Below are positions 48,532 through 58,885 of a stretch of 64,000 nt of DNA, one piece after another. Made by a program: the position numbers and the translations under genes. Position 1 is the stretch's first letter. Each line of letters opens with the position of its first letter. The stretch is from contig JBHHYO010000003.1 of NCBI GenBank assembly GCA_046757665.1, forward strand, positions 24,146 to 88,145, given 5' to 3'. The DNA is from Nitrospinales bacterium (GTDB lineage Bacteria > Nitrospinota > Nitrospinia > Nitrospinales > JAJDAT01). The notes below the pieces were generated by a model. The model made no database searches, had not been told where the DNA came from, and saw nothing but the letters and a program-made list of their open reading frames with translations.

Positions 48532-48609
48532 ATCCGGGGCCTCCTATGCTACAATTTAAATCTTGTTGCCTGGAATTGCGGACTTAAACCAACACCCAAA
48601 ATTCGTTCG

Positions 48610-50019
48610 ATGAAAATACTTTTACTCAGACCCCACGCCGACGACCGGGACATCTCCCGGGTCATGCCTCTGGGCCTGATCGCCGTCGGCTCCGTTTTGA
48701 AACGCGAAGGGTACGATATCCGCATCCTCGACCTGCGGTTGTCGTCCGACCCCGACGCGGACCTTAAAAACACTCTGGCGGAGTTTGCCCCGGACGTGGT
48801 GGGCATCGGTTTGATGACGGTGGAAAGCGACTACGCCTTCGCCGCCGCCCGGCAAGTGAAATCCCTGAAACCAAACGTCACGCTGATTTTCGGCGGGCCG
48901 CACTGCGCCCACGAGCCGCAATTCATTCTGCACGACCCCAACGTCGATCTCATGGTGGTCGGCGAGGCGGAGTTGACCGTCGTCGAGTTGCTGGCCGCCC
49001 TCCGGGACAAAAAGGAACTCTCCGGCATCAAGGGCATCGCGTTTAAAAAAGACGGCCAATACGTCAAAACCGCGGCGCGGGAAAAAATCACCGACCTGGA
49101 TTCGCTCGACCAGAACTACGATCTTCTCGAGGTTCACCGCTATTTCAATTTCGACTGCTCGCACGAATACCTGCCCGCCACCCACAGTTTCATGCCCATC
49201 GTCACTTCCAGGGGGTGCCCGTTCACCTGCATCTATTGCCATGATATTTTCGGCAAGGACATCCGCTACCGCTCCCCCGAGGCGGTGATCGACGAAATGC
49301 AACACATGCAGGAAGCCTATGGCGTGCGTGAGTTTCACATCCTCGACGATTCGTTCAACATCGACATGCCGCGCGCCAAGCGCATCTTCGACATGATCGT
49401 CGAACGCAAAATGGACATCAAAATATCCTTTCCCAACGGTGTGCGCGCCGATTTTTTCGACGACGAAATGATCGAGAAAATGAGCGCCGCCGGAGTGTAC
49501 CGGCTGGCGTTGGGAATCGAGTCCGGCTCACTCCGCATCCAGAAAATGATCTCCAAGAGCCTGGACATCGGCATCCTCAAGGATGTGGTGAGCAAGCTCG
49601 CCAGGGCGCGCATCAGCGTCAACGGATTTTTCATGCTCGGTTTTCCCGGCGAAACCATCGACGAAATGAAACAAACCATTCAATTCGCCTGCGACCTGGA
49701 CTTGAGCACGGCGTTGTTTTCCCTGGTCATCCCCAATCCCGGCACGGCACTGCGGGACATGGTTCTCGAGGAAGCGGAGACCCAGAATGCGAATTTTTCC
49801 GATTACTCCATTAACGCCGTCAACAGCAACGCCAGCCGGCTGGAGCCCGCGGAATTGATCAAATTGCAAAAACAAGCCTACCGGCGGTTTTATTTCAATC
49901 CCCGGCGGGCGTGGCACATCTATCAGACGACGCGCTCCAAAAAATTGCTGTTAAGCAAATTTTTATCCCTTCTCAAACTGACGAGTTCATGGTCGAATCG
50001 GTTGAGCTATCAATCGTAA
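48610..50019 (+). CDS. B12-binding radical SAM enzyme (class B methyltransferase-like)
   Basis: PLGL...GGPH...GEAE cobalamin domain; TSRGCPFTCIYC; DDSF; GIESGS. Confidence 0.9.
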   Translation: MKILLLRPHADDRDISRVMPLGLIAVGSVLKREGYDIRILDLRLSSDPDADLKNTLAEFAPDVVGIGLMTVESDYAFAAARQVKSLKPNVTLIFGGPHCAHEPQFILHDPNVDLMVVGEAELTVVELLAALRDKKELSGIKGIAFKKDGQYVKTAAREKITDLDSLDQNYDLLEVHRYFNFDCSHEYLPATHSFMPIVTSRGCPFTCIYCHDIFGKDIRYRSPEAVIDEMQHMQEAYGVREFHILDDSFNIDMPRAKRIFDMIVERKMDIKISFPNGVRADFFDDEMIEKMSAAGVYRLALGIESGSLRIQKMISKSLDIGILKDVVSKLARARISVNGFFMLGFPGETIDEMKQTIQFACDLDLSTALFSLVIPNPGTALRDMVLEEAETQNANFSDYSINAVNSNASRLEPAELIKLQKQAYRRFYFNPRRAWHIYQTTRSKKLLLSKFLSLLKLTSSWSNRLSYQS

Positions 50020-50918
50020 TTCCTGTTTTCAACGAAGAACCCGTTCTCGATGAACTGTACCGGCGGTTGAAACCGGTTTGCGAAGCTACCGGCAAATCCT
50101 ATGAACTGTTGTTCGTGGACGACGGTAGCGGCGACGGCTCGTTCGAGGCGTTGAAGAAATTCAAGTCCCGGGACTGCCGGGTGCGGGTCGTCCGTTTCAC
50201 GCGCAACTTCGGCCAGCAGGCGGCGGTGCTCGCCGGGTTTCGTTACAGCCGCGGCGCGGTGGTGGTGCAGATCGACGCCGACCTGCAAAACCCGCCCGAG
50301 GAAATCCCGAAACTCCTCGACGCCTTGCGGGCCCCTTACGACCTGGTCGTCACGCGGCACAAAAGGCGTCACGACGAGTTTTGGCGCGTCGCCGGGTCGA
50401 AGCTCCTGCAATGGTGCGGCCAAAGATTTCTCGGCCGGTCGTTCCGCCTGAACCTCAGTTCCTTCCGCGCCATGCGGCGCGGCGTGATCGAAAAAATCGA
50501 TGCGTGTAGCGACCGGTCGCGTTACCTGGCCGTCCTCGTCAGTTGGATGGCCGTACCGTCCGTGGAAATCGAGGTGGAGCACCAGAACCGCGCCCGCGGG
50601 GAAACCAAATACGGGTTTTTCGACCTGCTCAAACTCGCCTGGGACCTGGTCGCCGGTTACTCCAGCGCGCCCCTGCGCTTCGTCACCTATCTCGGCCTTC
50701 TGGGCGCAGTGCTGGGGCTTTTGCTGATGCTGTTCCTTTTGTTCCAGCGGTACGTGCAGGGCATCGACATCGAGGGATTCGTCGTGCTGGCGGCGGTGTT
50801 TTCTTTTTTCGCCGGCGCGCAATTGTTGTCCGTCGGCATTCTCGGCGAATACGTCGGCAGAATTTACCTGCAAGTGCAGAACCGTCCCGATTACATTGTC
50901 GACAAAGAGATCGAATAA
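49989..50918 (+). CDS. GT2 polyprenol-phosphate glycosyltransferase (ArnC/GtrB-like)
   Basis: SIVIPVFNE, VDDGSGD, RNFGQ, DADLQNPPE; two C-terminal TMs; GILGEYVGRIY. Confidence 0.9.
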   Translation: MVESVELSIVIPVFNEEPVLDELYRRLKPVCEATGKSYELLFVDDGSGDGSFEALKKFKSRDCRVRVVRFTRNFGQQAAVLAGFRYSRGAVVVQIDADLQNPPEEIPKLLDALRAPYDLVVTRHKRRHDEFWRVAGSKLLQWCGQRFLGRSFRLNLSSFRAMRRGVIEKIDACSDRSRYLAVLVSWMAVPSVEIEVEHQNRARGETKYGFFDLLKLAWDLVAGYSSAPLRFVTYLGLLGAVLGLLLMLFLLFQRYVQGIDIEGFVVLAAVFSFFAGAQLLSVGILGEYVGRIYLQVQNRPDYIVDKEIE

Positions 50919-51772
50919 TGGAAATCAAAAAGCTGACCTCCCTCATCATCGAACCGACCAACACCTGCAACCTGCGTTGCACGTTCTGTTTCGTGACGGA
51001 GGGCATGGCGCGTCCGGAAGGATTCATGGACCTCGACCTGTTCAAGAAAGTCGTCGATGACTGCCCCGGCCTGGAGCATCTGTGCATGCACAACTGGGGC
51101 GAGCCGCTCCTGCACAAGGACATTTTCAAGATGTTCGATTACGCCGCCCGCGCCGGAATCCGCCACATCGTCATGAACACCAACGGCACGCTCCTGACGC
51201 ACAAGATGATCGACAGAATCATCGACAGCCCCCTCAGCATCATCCGGTTTTCCATCGACGGTTCCGCGGAAACCTTCAAGAGAATTCGCGGCGTGGAACT
51301 GGATAAAATCGAGCGCAACATTCTCGAATTGAAAAAGCGCAAGGAGGCGCGGCGGCCGGAACTCGGCATGGGCGTCGTATTCACCGTGGAGGAAGACACC
51401 CAGCAGGACGCGGACGGCTTCATCGCCCACTGGCGGGAGATTGTCGACCACGTCCGCCTCCAGCCGAAACTGGCGCAAAGCCCGCGCCACGAAGTGTGCC
51501 CGGAACTGTTCGGCAAGGATTACGGCAAGCTCGTGGTGCTGTGGGACGGCACGGTCATCCCCTGTTGCGTGGATTACAACGCCACCCTGGCCATGGGCAA
51601 CGCCTGGAAGGACTCCATTCCGCAACTGTGGCGCGGCGCCGCCATCGACCGGTGGCGGGCGCAACACCTGGCCGGCGAGTTCCCGTCCACCTGCGCCAAC
51701 TGCAACGAATGCGACACCGGCAAAACCCAAAAACGGTTTTTCTATCCCGAACCGGCGGCGGAAAAAACTTAG
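50918..51772 (+). CDS. Radical SAM/SPASM(twitch) domain protein
   Basis: TNTCNLRCTFC, WGEPLL, NTNG; C-terminal CPE...DGTVIPCC...CANC. Confidence 0.9.
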   Translation: MEIKKLTSLIIEPTNTCNLRCTFCFVTEGMARPEGFMDLDLFKKVVDDCPGLEHLCMHNWGEPLLHKDIFKMFDYAARAGIRHIVMNTNGTLLTHKMIDRIIDSPLSIIRFSIDGSAETFKRIRGVELDKIERNILELKKRKEARRPELGMGVVFTVEEDTQQDADGFIAHWREIVDHVRLQPKLAQSPRHEVCPELFGKDYGKLVVLWDGTVIPCCVDYNATLAMGNAWKDSIPQLWRGAAIDRWRAQHLAGEFPSTCANCNECDTGKTQKRFFYPEPAAEKT

Positions 51773-51794
51773 TACTTCGTTGCAAAACGTTTCT

Positions 51795-51853
51795 TCACGC
51801 TTCGACAAGCTCGGCGTGACAGTTTGGTTGTCGTCCCGAGCCTGTCGAAGGAC
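51795..51853. repeat. Paired TTCGACAAGCTC-family palindromic repeats inside the operon
   Basis: TCACGCTTCGACAAGCTCGGCGTGAC plus inverted GTCGTCCCGAGCCTGTCGAAGGAC; same family as 13288, 14857 and 28521. Confidence 0.7.
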
Positions 51854-51861
51854 AATGATTC

Positions 51862-52677
51862 ATGCCCCGCACCGATGAAAACGACATCAGAAAAAAAATC
51901 CTCGAGGAAAACCGGCGGGTGCACGCCCTGGAGAACCGCCTGTACCTGAAACGCCATCCGGAGCAGACCAATTTTTACCAGGCCCGCCTGCTGAACGAAA
52001 CGCTCGACACCGTGGACCGCCACCTGGGCGGCCGCGAGGCGCGCATCCTGGAGCTGGGGTGCGGCACGGGTTACCTTCACCTGCCGCTTTTGCAACGCGG
52101 CCACCACGTCACCGGCGTCGATCTGTCTCCGGAGATGATCGCCGTCCTGCAACAAAACATCCCCGACGGTCAAAAGACGCGGTCGCAACTGGTGGTCATG
52201 GAAGCCGAGACATTCGTCGAACAGGATGAAAACACTTACGACGCCGTGGTCATGTCCGCCCTGCTCCATCACCTGTTCGACTACCGGGCGGTTGTCAAAG
52301 CGCTTTGCGCCAAGGTAAAACCCGGCGGACTGTTTCTGGTTTTCTTTGAACCGTTGAAACAGGAAATCGACGCGCCTCTGCGTTATGCCTTGCACAAGGC
52401 ATTGGCGAACCTGGACGAATACCTTTACCGGAGGAAAATGCGGGCCCTGCGGATTCCGCTATTTGAGGAGGACTATGAACTGTCCGACTACCAGCGGCGT
52501 TTCGGCGGCATCGACCCCAACCTCCTCGCGGAGACCCTGACGCAGGCCGACATGCGGGTCGTCGAAACAAAAAAATACTGCGCCCGCCGTTGCGGAGCGA
52601 GCGCCTGGATCGCCAACCGCATCCTGCGCACGTCGAACACCTTCAACCTGCTGGCTAGAAAAACCGGAGGGGAATAA
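51862..52677 (+). CDS. Class I SAM-dependent methyltransferase
   Basis: ILELGCGTG, GVDLSPEM, YDAVVMSALLHH, VKPGG. Confidence 0.9.
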   Translation: MPRTDENDIRKKILEENRRVHALENRLYLKRHPEQTNFYQARLLNETLDTVDRHLGGREARILELGCGTGYLHLPLLQRGHHVTGVDLSPEMIAVLQQNIPDGQKTRSQLVVMEAETFVEQDENTYDAVVMSALLHHLFDYRAVVKALCAKVKPGGLFLVFFEPLKQEIDAPLRYALHKALANLDEYLYRRKMRALRIPLFEEDYELSDYQRRFGGIDPNLLAETLTQADMRVVETKKYCARRCGASAWIANRILRTSNTFNLLARKTGGE

Positions 52678-52709
52678 AAAAGCCCGGCCCGCTTGAGGCA
52701 GGAGGCCGG

Positions 52710-55700
52710 TCAGTTCAAGTGCACCGAAACCACCTTCGACACGCCTTTCTCCTCCATGGTGACTCCATAAAGGACGTTGGCGAACGACATGGTTTTCTGG
52801 TTGTGGGTGATCAGGATAAACTGGGTGTCACCGGCAAGTTCCTTGAGGATTTCCTGAAACCGGACGACGTTCAGTTCGTCAAGCGGCGCGTCCACTTCAT
52901 CCAGGAGGCAAAACGGGCTGGGGCGCACCTTCAGCAGGGCGAAGACCAGGGCAATGGCCGTCATGGCCTTTTCCCCGCCGGACAAGAGAGAAAGGTTCTG
53001 CATCTTTTTGCCCGGCGGCTGAGCGGAAATTTCAACTCCGGACTCCAGGGGGTCCGACTCATCGCAAAGAACCAGCTGAGCCTTGCCGCCCTGGAACAGA
53101 CGCGCATAAATGGCCTGAAACTGCTCGTCCACCTGGTGGAAGGTTTCCAGAAACCGCCGCCGCGTGGTGCGATTGATGGTTTCGATCGCCGTTTGCAGAA
53201 TGCGAACGGACTCCGCCAAGTCATCCGTCTGCCGTTTCAAAAAACCGTGCCGCTCGTTTGTCTGCTCGAACTCCGAGACGGCGGCCAGGTTGACCTCGCC
53301 CATCTTTGCTATCTTGTCCTTGAGCGTCCGCAGGGCTTCCTCCGTCTCCGCCTCATCCACCTCGCCGTCATACAGCGAAAGCATTTCCTTCACGGACACG
53401 TTGAAATCCTCGAACGCCTGCTCCGCCAGATGAGAGGACTGAATTTTAATTTCAGAGCGTTTCAGGTCAAGTTTTGACAGCGCCTCCGTCAGTTCCTGGA
53501 CCCGTTTGGAAACGGTCCTGGACTCCTGTTCTTCCCGCCGAAGAGTCTCTTCTTTTTCGCCGAGGTTTTCTTCTTCACCGGCCAGTTCCTCGGCCAACCG
53601 GTCTTTTTCGCGGGCGCATTGCAGGACTTCTTTTTCTCGAGATTCAATCTCTTCCTTGTGCGCGTCGATTTTGGCGGCGTTGCCTTGCAAGTCCCGCTCC
53701 CTCTGCTCGATGCGCCGACGCAAACTATCCTGTTGCTGAAGCAGACGGTTGATATCCAAAAGGAGAATGTCCCGGCGGCCTTGCAGGGAAGCGATCGCCA
53801 CCTTGACCTCGTTGGCCTGGGCGGATTTCTCCTCGAGTGCTTCCTTGAAAACCTGCAAGTCCTTGCGAAGCGTTTCCAGCCGTTCTTCCTCGCCGGTTTT
53901 TTCTTCTTCCGCAAGGGCGGTGTCCCGCGCCAGGGCCTGCTCCTCCGCCGCCAATTCGCCGAAGTTCGCGGACTCTCTTTCGTAATCCAGGACGGACAGC
54001 TTTTCGCGCAAGCGTTCGGTTTCTTTTTTTAGTTGCTCAAGGTCCTTGCGGGAGTTGGCCTGGGCGATTTCGGCCTCATGGACCGCGGGCCGGATTTGGT
54101 TGATGTTTTCCTCCAGGCCGCTCAACTGGCCGGTCAGTTCGCCGTGCAGGCGGTCGAGCGAGTCCAGTTCCTGTTTGAGCGCGGCGACTTGAACCGCAAG
54201 ATCGTCCATTTCCCTTTTCCGCGCCAGCAACCCGGCGGAACCGCCCGAACCCTCGCCGCCCGAAATGACTCCCTGGGAATCTATCACCTCGCCGTTGCGG
54301 GTCACCACAACTCCCCGGAAATCCGGGCGGGTGTGCAAGGTCATGGCGGTTTCCAGGTCCTGGACCAAAACCACGTCGCCCAGCAACTGCTCGATCAGGG
54401 GCCGGTATTCTTCCCGGCATTGAATCAAATCCTTCATCTTTCCCAGCACCGCCGGATTACCGTTGAGGTGGATCGGCACAACCGGTACGGACTTGGGATG
54501 AATGGGGATGAAAGAACCGCGGCCGGAGCGATGTGATTTCAGATAACCTATCGCCTCCACGCTGTCGGCATAGGAATTGACGATCACGCTTTGCAACTTT
54601 TCGCCCAGCACCGCTTCCACCGCCGGCTCGTATTCGCTTGGCGTCTGAAGCACGTCCGCCAGCACGTCGCGCAGTCCCCGCAACCGTCCGCCATTGCCGT
54701 TTTGCGCCATCAGGGACTTGACGCCGTCCTTGAAACCCTCGAACCGGGCGCGCAGGTCCTTGATCGAATTTAAAAGGGAATGTTGAGAGAGGTACCGGTC
54801 CTTGGCGGCCGCCAGGCGTTCGGAGTGCTCTTGAAGCTTTGCCTTGCAGGCTTCGCCCTGCCGCATGAGGTCTTCCTGCCGGGCTTTCAAGGATTCGAAC
54901 CGCCGCAATTTTTCGCCGTAATCCGTTTCGGCATCGGCAGTCGCCCGGCAGGCTTTTTCCAGGGTTTCCCGCGTTTGCTCCTCTTCGCCCCGGAGCTTTT
55001 CCGCCTGGCTTTGCAAAAACTGTTTCCGCGTTTGCAGAGCGGCGGTTTCGTTTTTCTTCAGGGAAATCCGTTGGTACAGTTCCATTATTCTTTCTTCGAC
55101 GGCGCGGCCGGTTTCTTCTTTTTGCCGCAGGAGAATCTTGTCCTGGTCCAATGCCTGGATGAGGCGGCCGCAGTTTTCCTCTTGGGCGGCGATCTCTCCG
55201 GAAACCCGGCTCAACTCCGCGCGCCGGTCTTCCGCCTCACCGGAAAGGGTCTCGACTTCTTCCTGCATTTGCGAAATTTCCTGAGTAGCGGCAGAGGAAT
55301 CCTGCGCGGCGGTCTCGATCTGCGAACGCCGAAGCTCGATCTGGTGTTCGCCGTCGCCGATCCGCGATGCAAGCTCATACATCCGCTCGCGCTTGAGGTT
55401 GACGGCATTTTTCAATTCATCAATGGCGATCTTGAGGTTCGCCACCTCGTTATCCAGGGAACTGACGCGGGCCGCTTCGAGCGATTTGTCTTCCTGGATG
55501 CGCTGGTACTCGCCCTCAACCCGTTTCAGCTCCTGCTGGTACAGGCGGATTTTTTTCACATACAGATTCAGGCTCAGTTCCTTGATCTCCAGCTTGAACC
55601 GCTTATAGCGATCCGCCTTGGCCGCCTGGCGTTTCAGGGATTCCGCCCGGCGGCCCAGTTCCTGAACGATATCGCCCAGACGCAACAGGTTTTGCCGGGA

Positions 55701-56264
55701 AATTTCCAGCTTGCACTGCGCCTCGTGCTTGCGGTGCTTGAATTTCAGTATCCCCGCCGCTTCCTCCAGCAAATGCCGGCGTTCTTCCGGTTTTGAAGTG
55801 ATGATGTCCTGAATCTGGTTCTGTTCAATGATGGTCATCGACCGGCTGGTGATCCCCAAATCCAGAAACAAATCGACAACGTCTTTCAATCGGCAGGGAA
55901 TCCCGTTGATGTAATATTCGCTTTCCCCGGACCGATAATAGCAACGGGTGATTTTGACCTCTTCCGCAAGATTCTGCACATTGGCGATACGCAGGCCGGG
56001 CGGAAGGTTGCCGATAACCAGATTGATTTCCGCCCGGTTGACCGGTTTCCTCGTTTCACTGCCGTTGAAGATGAGGTCGGCCAGCTTGAGGCCGCGTAAT
56101 AACCTGGAGTTTTGCTCGCCGATTACCCAGCGGATGGCATCGGAAACATTGCTCTTGCCACAGCCGTTGGGGCCGACGATGGCCGTAAACCCCTTGGTGA
56201 AATCCAAATGGGTTTGCTCGACAAACGATTTAAAACCAACCAGTTCCAAACTTTTTAGAATCAT
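52710..56264 (-). CDS. smc: Chromosome segregation protein SMC
   Basis: GFKSF, GPNGCGKSN, long coiled coils, hinge, LSGGEK, LLDEVDAPLD. Confidence 0.97.
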   Translation of the reverse strand: MILKSLELVGFKSFVEQTHLDFTKGFTAIVGPNGCGKSNVSDAIRWVIGEQNSRLLRGLKLADLIFNGSETRKPVNRAEINLVIGNLPPGLRIANVQNLAEEVKITRCYYRSGESEYYINGIPCRLKDVVDLFLDLGITSRSMTIIEQNQIQDIITSKPEERRHLLEEAAGILKFKHRKHEAQCKLEISRQNLLRLGDIVQELGRRAESLKRQAAKADRYKRFKLEIKELSLNLYVKKIRLYQQELKRVEGEYQRIQEDKSLEAARVSSLDNEVANLKIAIDELKNAVNLKRERMYELASRIGDGEHQIELRRSQIETAAQDSSAATQEISQMQEEVETLSGEAEDRRAELSRVSGEIAAQEENCGRLIQALDQDKILLRQKEETGRAVEERIMELYQRISLKKNETAALQTRKQFLQSQAEKLRGEEEQTRETLEKACRATADAETDYGEKLRRFESLKARQEDLMRQGEACKAKLQEHSERLAAAKDRYLSQHSLLNSIKDLRARFEGFKDGVKSLMAQNGNGGRLRGLRDVLADVLQTPSEYEPAVEAVLGEKLQSVIVNSYADSVEAIGYLKSHRSGRGSFIPIHPKSVPVVPIHLNGNPAVLGKMKDLIQCREEYRPLIEQLLGDVVLVQDLETAMTLHTRPDFRGVVVTRNGEVIDSQGVISGGEGSGGSAGLLARKREMDDLAVQVAALKQELDSLDRLHGELTGQLSGLEENINQIRPAVHEAEIAQANSRKDLEQLKKETERLREKLSVLDYERESANFGELAAEEQALARDTALAEEEKTGEEERLETLRKDLQVFKEALEEKSAQANEVKVAIASLQGRRDILLLDINRLLQQQDSLRRRIEQRERDLQGNAAKIDAHKEEIESREKEVLQCAREKDRLAEELAGEEENLGEKEETLRREEQESRTVSKRVQELTEALSKLDLKRSEIKIQSSHLAEQAFEDFNVSVKEMLSLYDGEVDEAETEEALRTLKDKIAKMGEVNLAAVSEFEQTNERHGFLKRQTDDLAESVRILQTAIETINRTTRRRFLETFHQVDEQFQAIYARLFQGGKAQLVLCDESDPLESGVEISAQPPGKKMQNLSLLSGGEKAMTAIALVFALLKVRPSPFCLLDEVDAPLDELNVVRFQEILKELAGDTQFILITHNQKTMSFANVLYGVTMEEKGVSKVVSVHLN

Positions 56265-56369
56265 ATTGTTACAGCCGAAAGATTTGTCATGCGAGCAGGC
56301 CCGGGACAGGCCGCACACTCTGTTTTCGCAAAAAGGTTATCCCAACCAAAAAGGGTTGTAAAGCGAATA

Positions 56370-56416
56370 ATACAATTTCTGGTGTATTTTTTTTAATAGA
56401 CCACCATATATTGTGG
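56370..56416. promoter_or_regulatory. Tandem NrdR boxes
   Basis: ATACAATTTCTGGTGT (56370-56385) and CCACCATATATTGTGG (56401-56416), 31 bp apart; consensus acaCwAtATaTwGtgt. Confidence 0.7.
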
Positions 56417-56538
56417 GTATCTAAAGAAATGGATCAGCAAGCGAACGGGAGAAAGCCGGACAACATCCATCAAGATTGACAAAAAATCATGCTATACTGG
56501 TTGACCTTTCGCGGGGAACAGCGGAACCGGAGATTTCG

Positions 56539-56916
56539 ATGATCAAATACTATCATTATAATAAATGCGGCGCCTGCCGGAAGGCAAAAAAATTTCTCGA
56601 CGAGCACAATATCCGATATCAGGAAACCGATATCACGCTCAATCCGCCGCCCAAAACTGTTTTGAAAAAAGCCCTGCGGGCAAAGGGCATCAAAAAACTC
56701 TTCAACACCAGCGGCGTCGAGTACCGGGAAAAGAAGATCAAGGATAAAATCGCCGCGATGACCGAGACGCAAGCTCTGGAACTGCTGGCCGGCAACGGCC
56801 GATTGATCAAACGGCCGATCGCCGTGGATGGGGAGCGCCTGACGGTCGGCTTTGATCCTGATGAATACCGGAAAGTCTGGGTGAAAAAACAGGGACGCCC
56901 CGGCGCTACTTTATGA
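56539..56916 (+). CDS. ArsC/Spx/MgsR family protein
   Basis: KCGACRKAKKFL, LFNTSGVEYRE, GRLIKRPI, VGF. Confidence 0.88.
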   Translation: MIKYYHYNKCGACRKAKKFLDEHNIRYQETDITLNPPPKTVLKKALRAKGIKKLFNTSGVEYREKKIKDKIAAMTETQALELLAGNGRLIKRPIAVDGERLTVGFDPDEYRKVWVKKQGRPGATL

Positions 56917-57869
56917 AAGCAATCAACATCCTGTTTCTCGCCCCCAACTGGCGCGTGTCCCTCGTCAATGCCTTTCAAAAAACGTTGCGGGATTTGCCCT
57001 GTCCGGGAAAACTGTCGGGAGCCGACAGCGACCCGCATTCCCCCGCGTTGCAAGTGGTGGATCGCGCCCACGTCATCCCCCGCTTCGAGTCGCCCGAATG
57101 CCTGGGCGAAATTCTGACCCTGTGCGACCGCGAAACCATCCATGCCATCATCCCGCTGACCAACAGGGCGGTGGAATTTCTGGATGCCAACCGAACGGCC
57201 TTCAGCCAACGCAACCTGCATCTCCTGATCAACGACAAGGCCGTCATCGAAACCTGCCACGACAAACTGAAGCTGGCGCGATTTTTCCGCGAAGCAGGCA
57301 TCACCTCCCCGGAAACCGTTCCTGCCGACTCGCCGAAACAAAAAATCTCCTTGCCCGCATTTGCCAAGCAGAGGCGCGGCGAAGGCGGGAAAAACCGGAT
57401 GGTACTGCAAGACGAACGCGACCTGGAGTTTTGCGCCGCGAAATTCCCCGGCCACGTGGTCCAGCCGCTCATCCGCGGCATGGAATACAGCATCGACTGG
57501 TTTGCCGACCGCAACGGCACGCCGCGGGTCATCGTACCCCGCGAGCGTCTGGCGGTCCGCGCCAGCGAGGTGATGGTCAGCCGCATTCGCCTGCATCCGG
57601 AAATCATCGACGCCGCCCGCCGGGCGGGATTGCAACTGGGCTTGCGCGGGCCGGCCACTCTTCAGGGAATTCTTGACGAAGCCGGGCGGTTCCATTTTAC
57701 CGACGTCAATTTGCGGTTCGGTAGCGGGTCAATTCATAGCATCGCCGCTGGCGCCGACATCCCGCTTCTCATTTACCGGGAACTGTTGGGCGAACCGCTT
57801 CCCGACAAGGCCGACTCGGTGCAGGACGGCGCGGTCATGACGCGGTTTAGCGACGCTTTTTACATCTGA
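56913..57869 (+). CDS. ATP-grasp protein (carbamoyl-phosphate-synthase-like/PylC-like)
   Basis: CHDKLK, GMEYSID, VPRERL, TDVNLRFGSG; ATGA overlap with the upstream gene. Confidence 0.8.
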   Translation: MKAINILFLAPNWRVSLVNAFQKTLRDLPCPGKLSGADSDPHSPALQVVDRAHVIPRFESPECLGEILTLCDRETIHAIIPLTNRAVEFLDANRTAFSQRNLHLLINDKAVIETCHDKLKLARFFREAGITSPETVPADSPKQKISLPAFAKQRRGEGGKNRMVLQDERDLEFCAAKFPGHVVQPLIRGMEYSIDWFADRNGTPRVIVPRERLAVRASEVMVSRIRLHPEIIDAARRAGLQLGLRGPATLQGILDEAGRFHFTDVNLRFGSGSIHSIAAGADIPLLIYRELLGEPLPDKADSVQDGAVMTRFSDAFYI

Positions 57870-57992
57870 GCGGGGCAACGCTTTCCGAAATCCGCCCCCA
57901 CGCTCCAAATTCCCGCCGGATGGGAAAAACACGGGGGAAAACAAGTTGACAGATCGCCTCAAATATAATCTAATCTTGCGGGGAGACGCGAA

Positions 57993-58844
57993 ATGAAAAA
58001 AATCCTGTTCACCTTACTTGTGTTGTCGTTCCTGTCTTTCGGCCCGGTCATGGCGGCGGAAACCACCGGCAACGCAAGCACCATCAAGCGGCTGGAAGCG
58101 CTCGTCAAGAAAAACCCCAGAAGCGCCAAACCGTACTACGATCTCGCCAAGGCCTATTCCCTGTCCGGGCTTTACGCCAAGACCATGAAACCGCTGGTGC
58201 AGGCGATCCGCATCAACCCTCGCTATGACGCCGCTTACCTCCTCCTGGGCATCAGCCTGGTGAACGAGGGCCATTTTCATGAAGCCATCAATCCCCTGTT
58301 GGAAGCCGCCAGGTTGAACCCCGATTTCGCCGATGCCTACTCCTTTCTCGCCAAAGCTTATCTCGGCATAGACAAGCCCCAAAAAGCGATCGCCTATCTG
58401 AACGAGTCCTTGAAGCGGAATCCCAATAACCTTTACGACCAGTTGGCCGCGGCTTCAATTTACGCCGCCAAGGGGTTCCGTCTCGAAGTTATAGAACACC
58501 TCAAAAAAGCCGCCGAGATCAAACCGCAATCCAGCGACATTCTCTACAAGCTGGGCAAAGCCTACGGGGTGGCGGGACGTTACGAGGAAGCCGCGGCGAA
58601 TTTGAGCCAGGCGGCGAAATTAAATCCCAACTGGTACGGCGCCTACTATTACCTTGGAATCGCCTACGCCAATCTGGGACAGAACGACAAGGCCGTCGAT
58701 GCCTTTTACAAAACCCTGCAAATCCAACCCGACCTCGCCGAGGCCCATTACAACCTGGCCGTCGCCCTCCACAACATGGGGCAAACCCAGGAAGCGGACA
58801 AGCATTATAAAAAAGCGTTGCAACTCAATCCGAACCTTGGATAA
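57993..58844 (+). CDS. Exported TPR protein
   Basis: Signal peptide (VMA-A) and about seven TPR units. Confidence 0.9.
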   Translation: MKKILFTLLVLSFLSFGPVMAAETTGNASTIKRLEALVKKNPRSAKPYYDLAKAYSLSGLYAKTMKPLVQAIRINPRYDAAYLLLGISLVNEGHFHEAINPLLEAARLNPDFADAYSFLAKAYLGIDKPQKAIAYLNESLKRNPNNLYDQLAAASIYAAKGFRLEVIEHLKKAAEIKPQSSDILYKLGKAYGVAGRYEEAAANLSQAAKLNPNWYGAYYYLGIAYANLGQNDKAVDAFYKTLQIQPDLAEAHYNLAVALHNMGQTQEADKHYKKALQLNPNLG

Positions 58845-58885
58845 AACGACATCTCGACGAAACGGAAAACAGGTCCCGTTACCGG

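Noticed and set aside
48610-50019. B12 radical SAM as hopanoid methylase HpnP/HpnR because shc is in the window
   Set aside because: It is 18 kb from shc, in a glycosyltransferase context, and I recognise no HpnP/HpnR-specific features; this needs a phylogeny.
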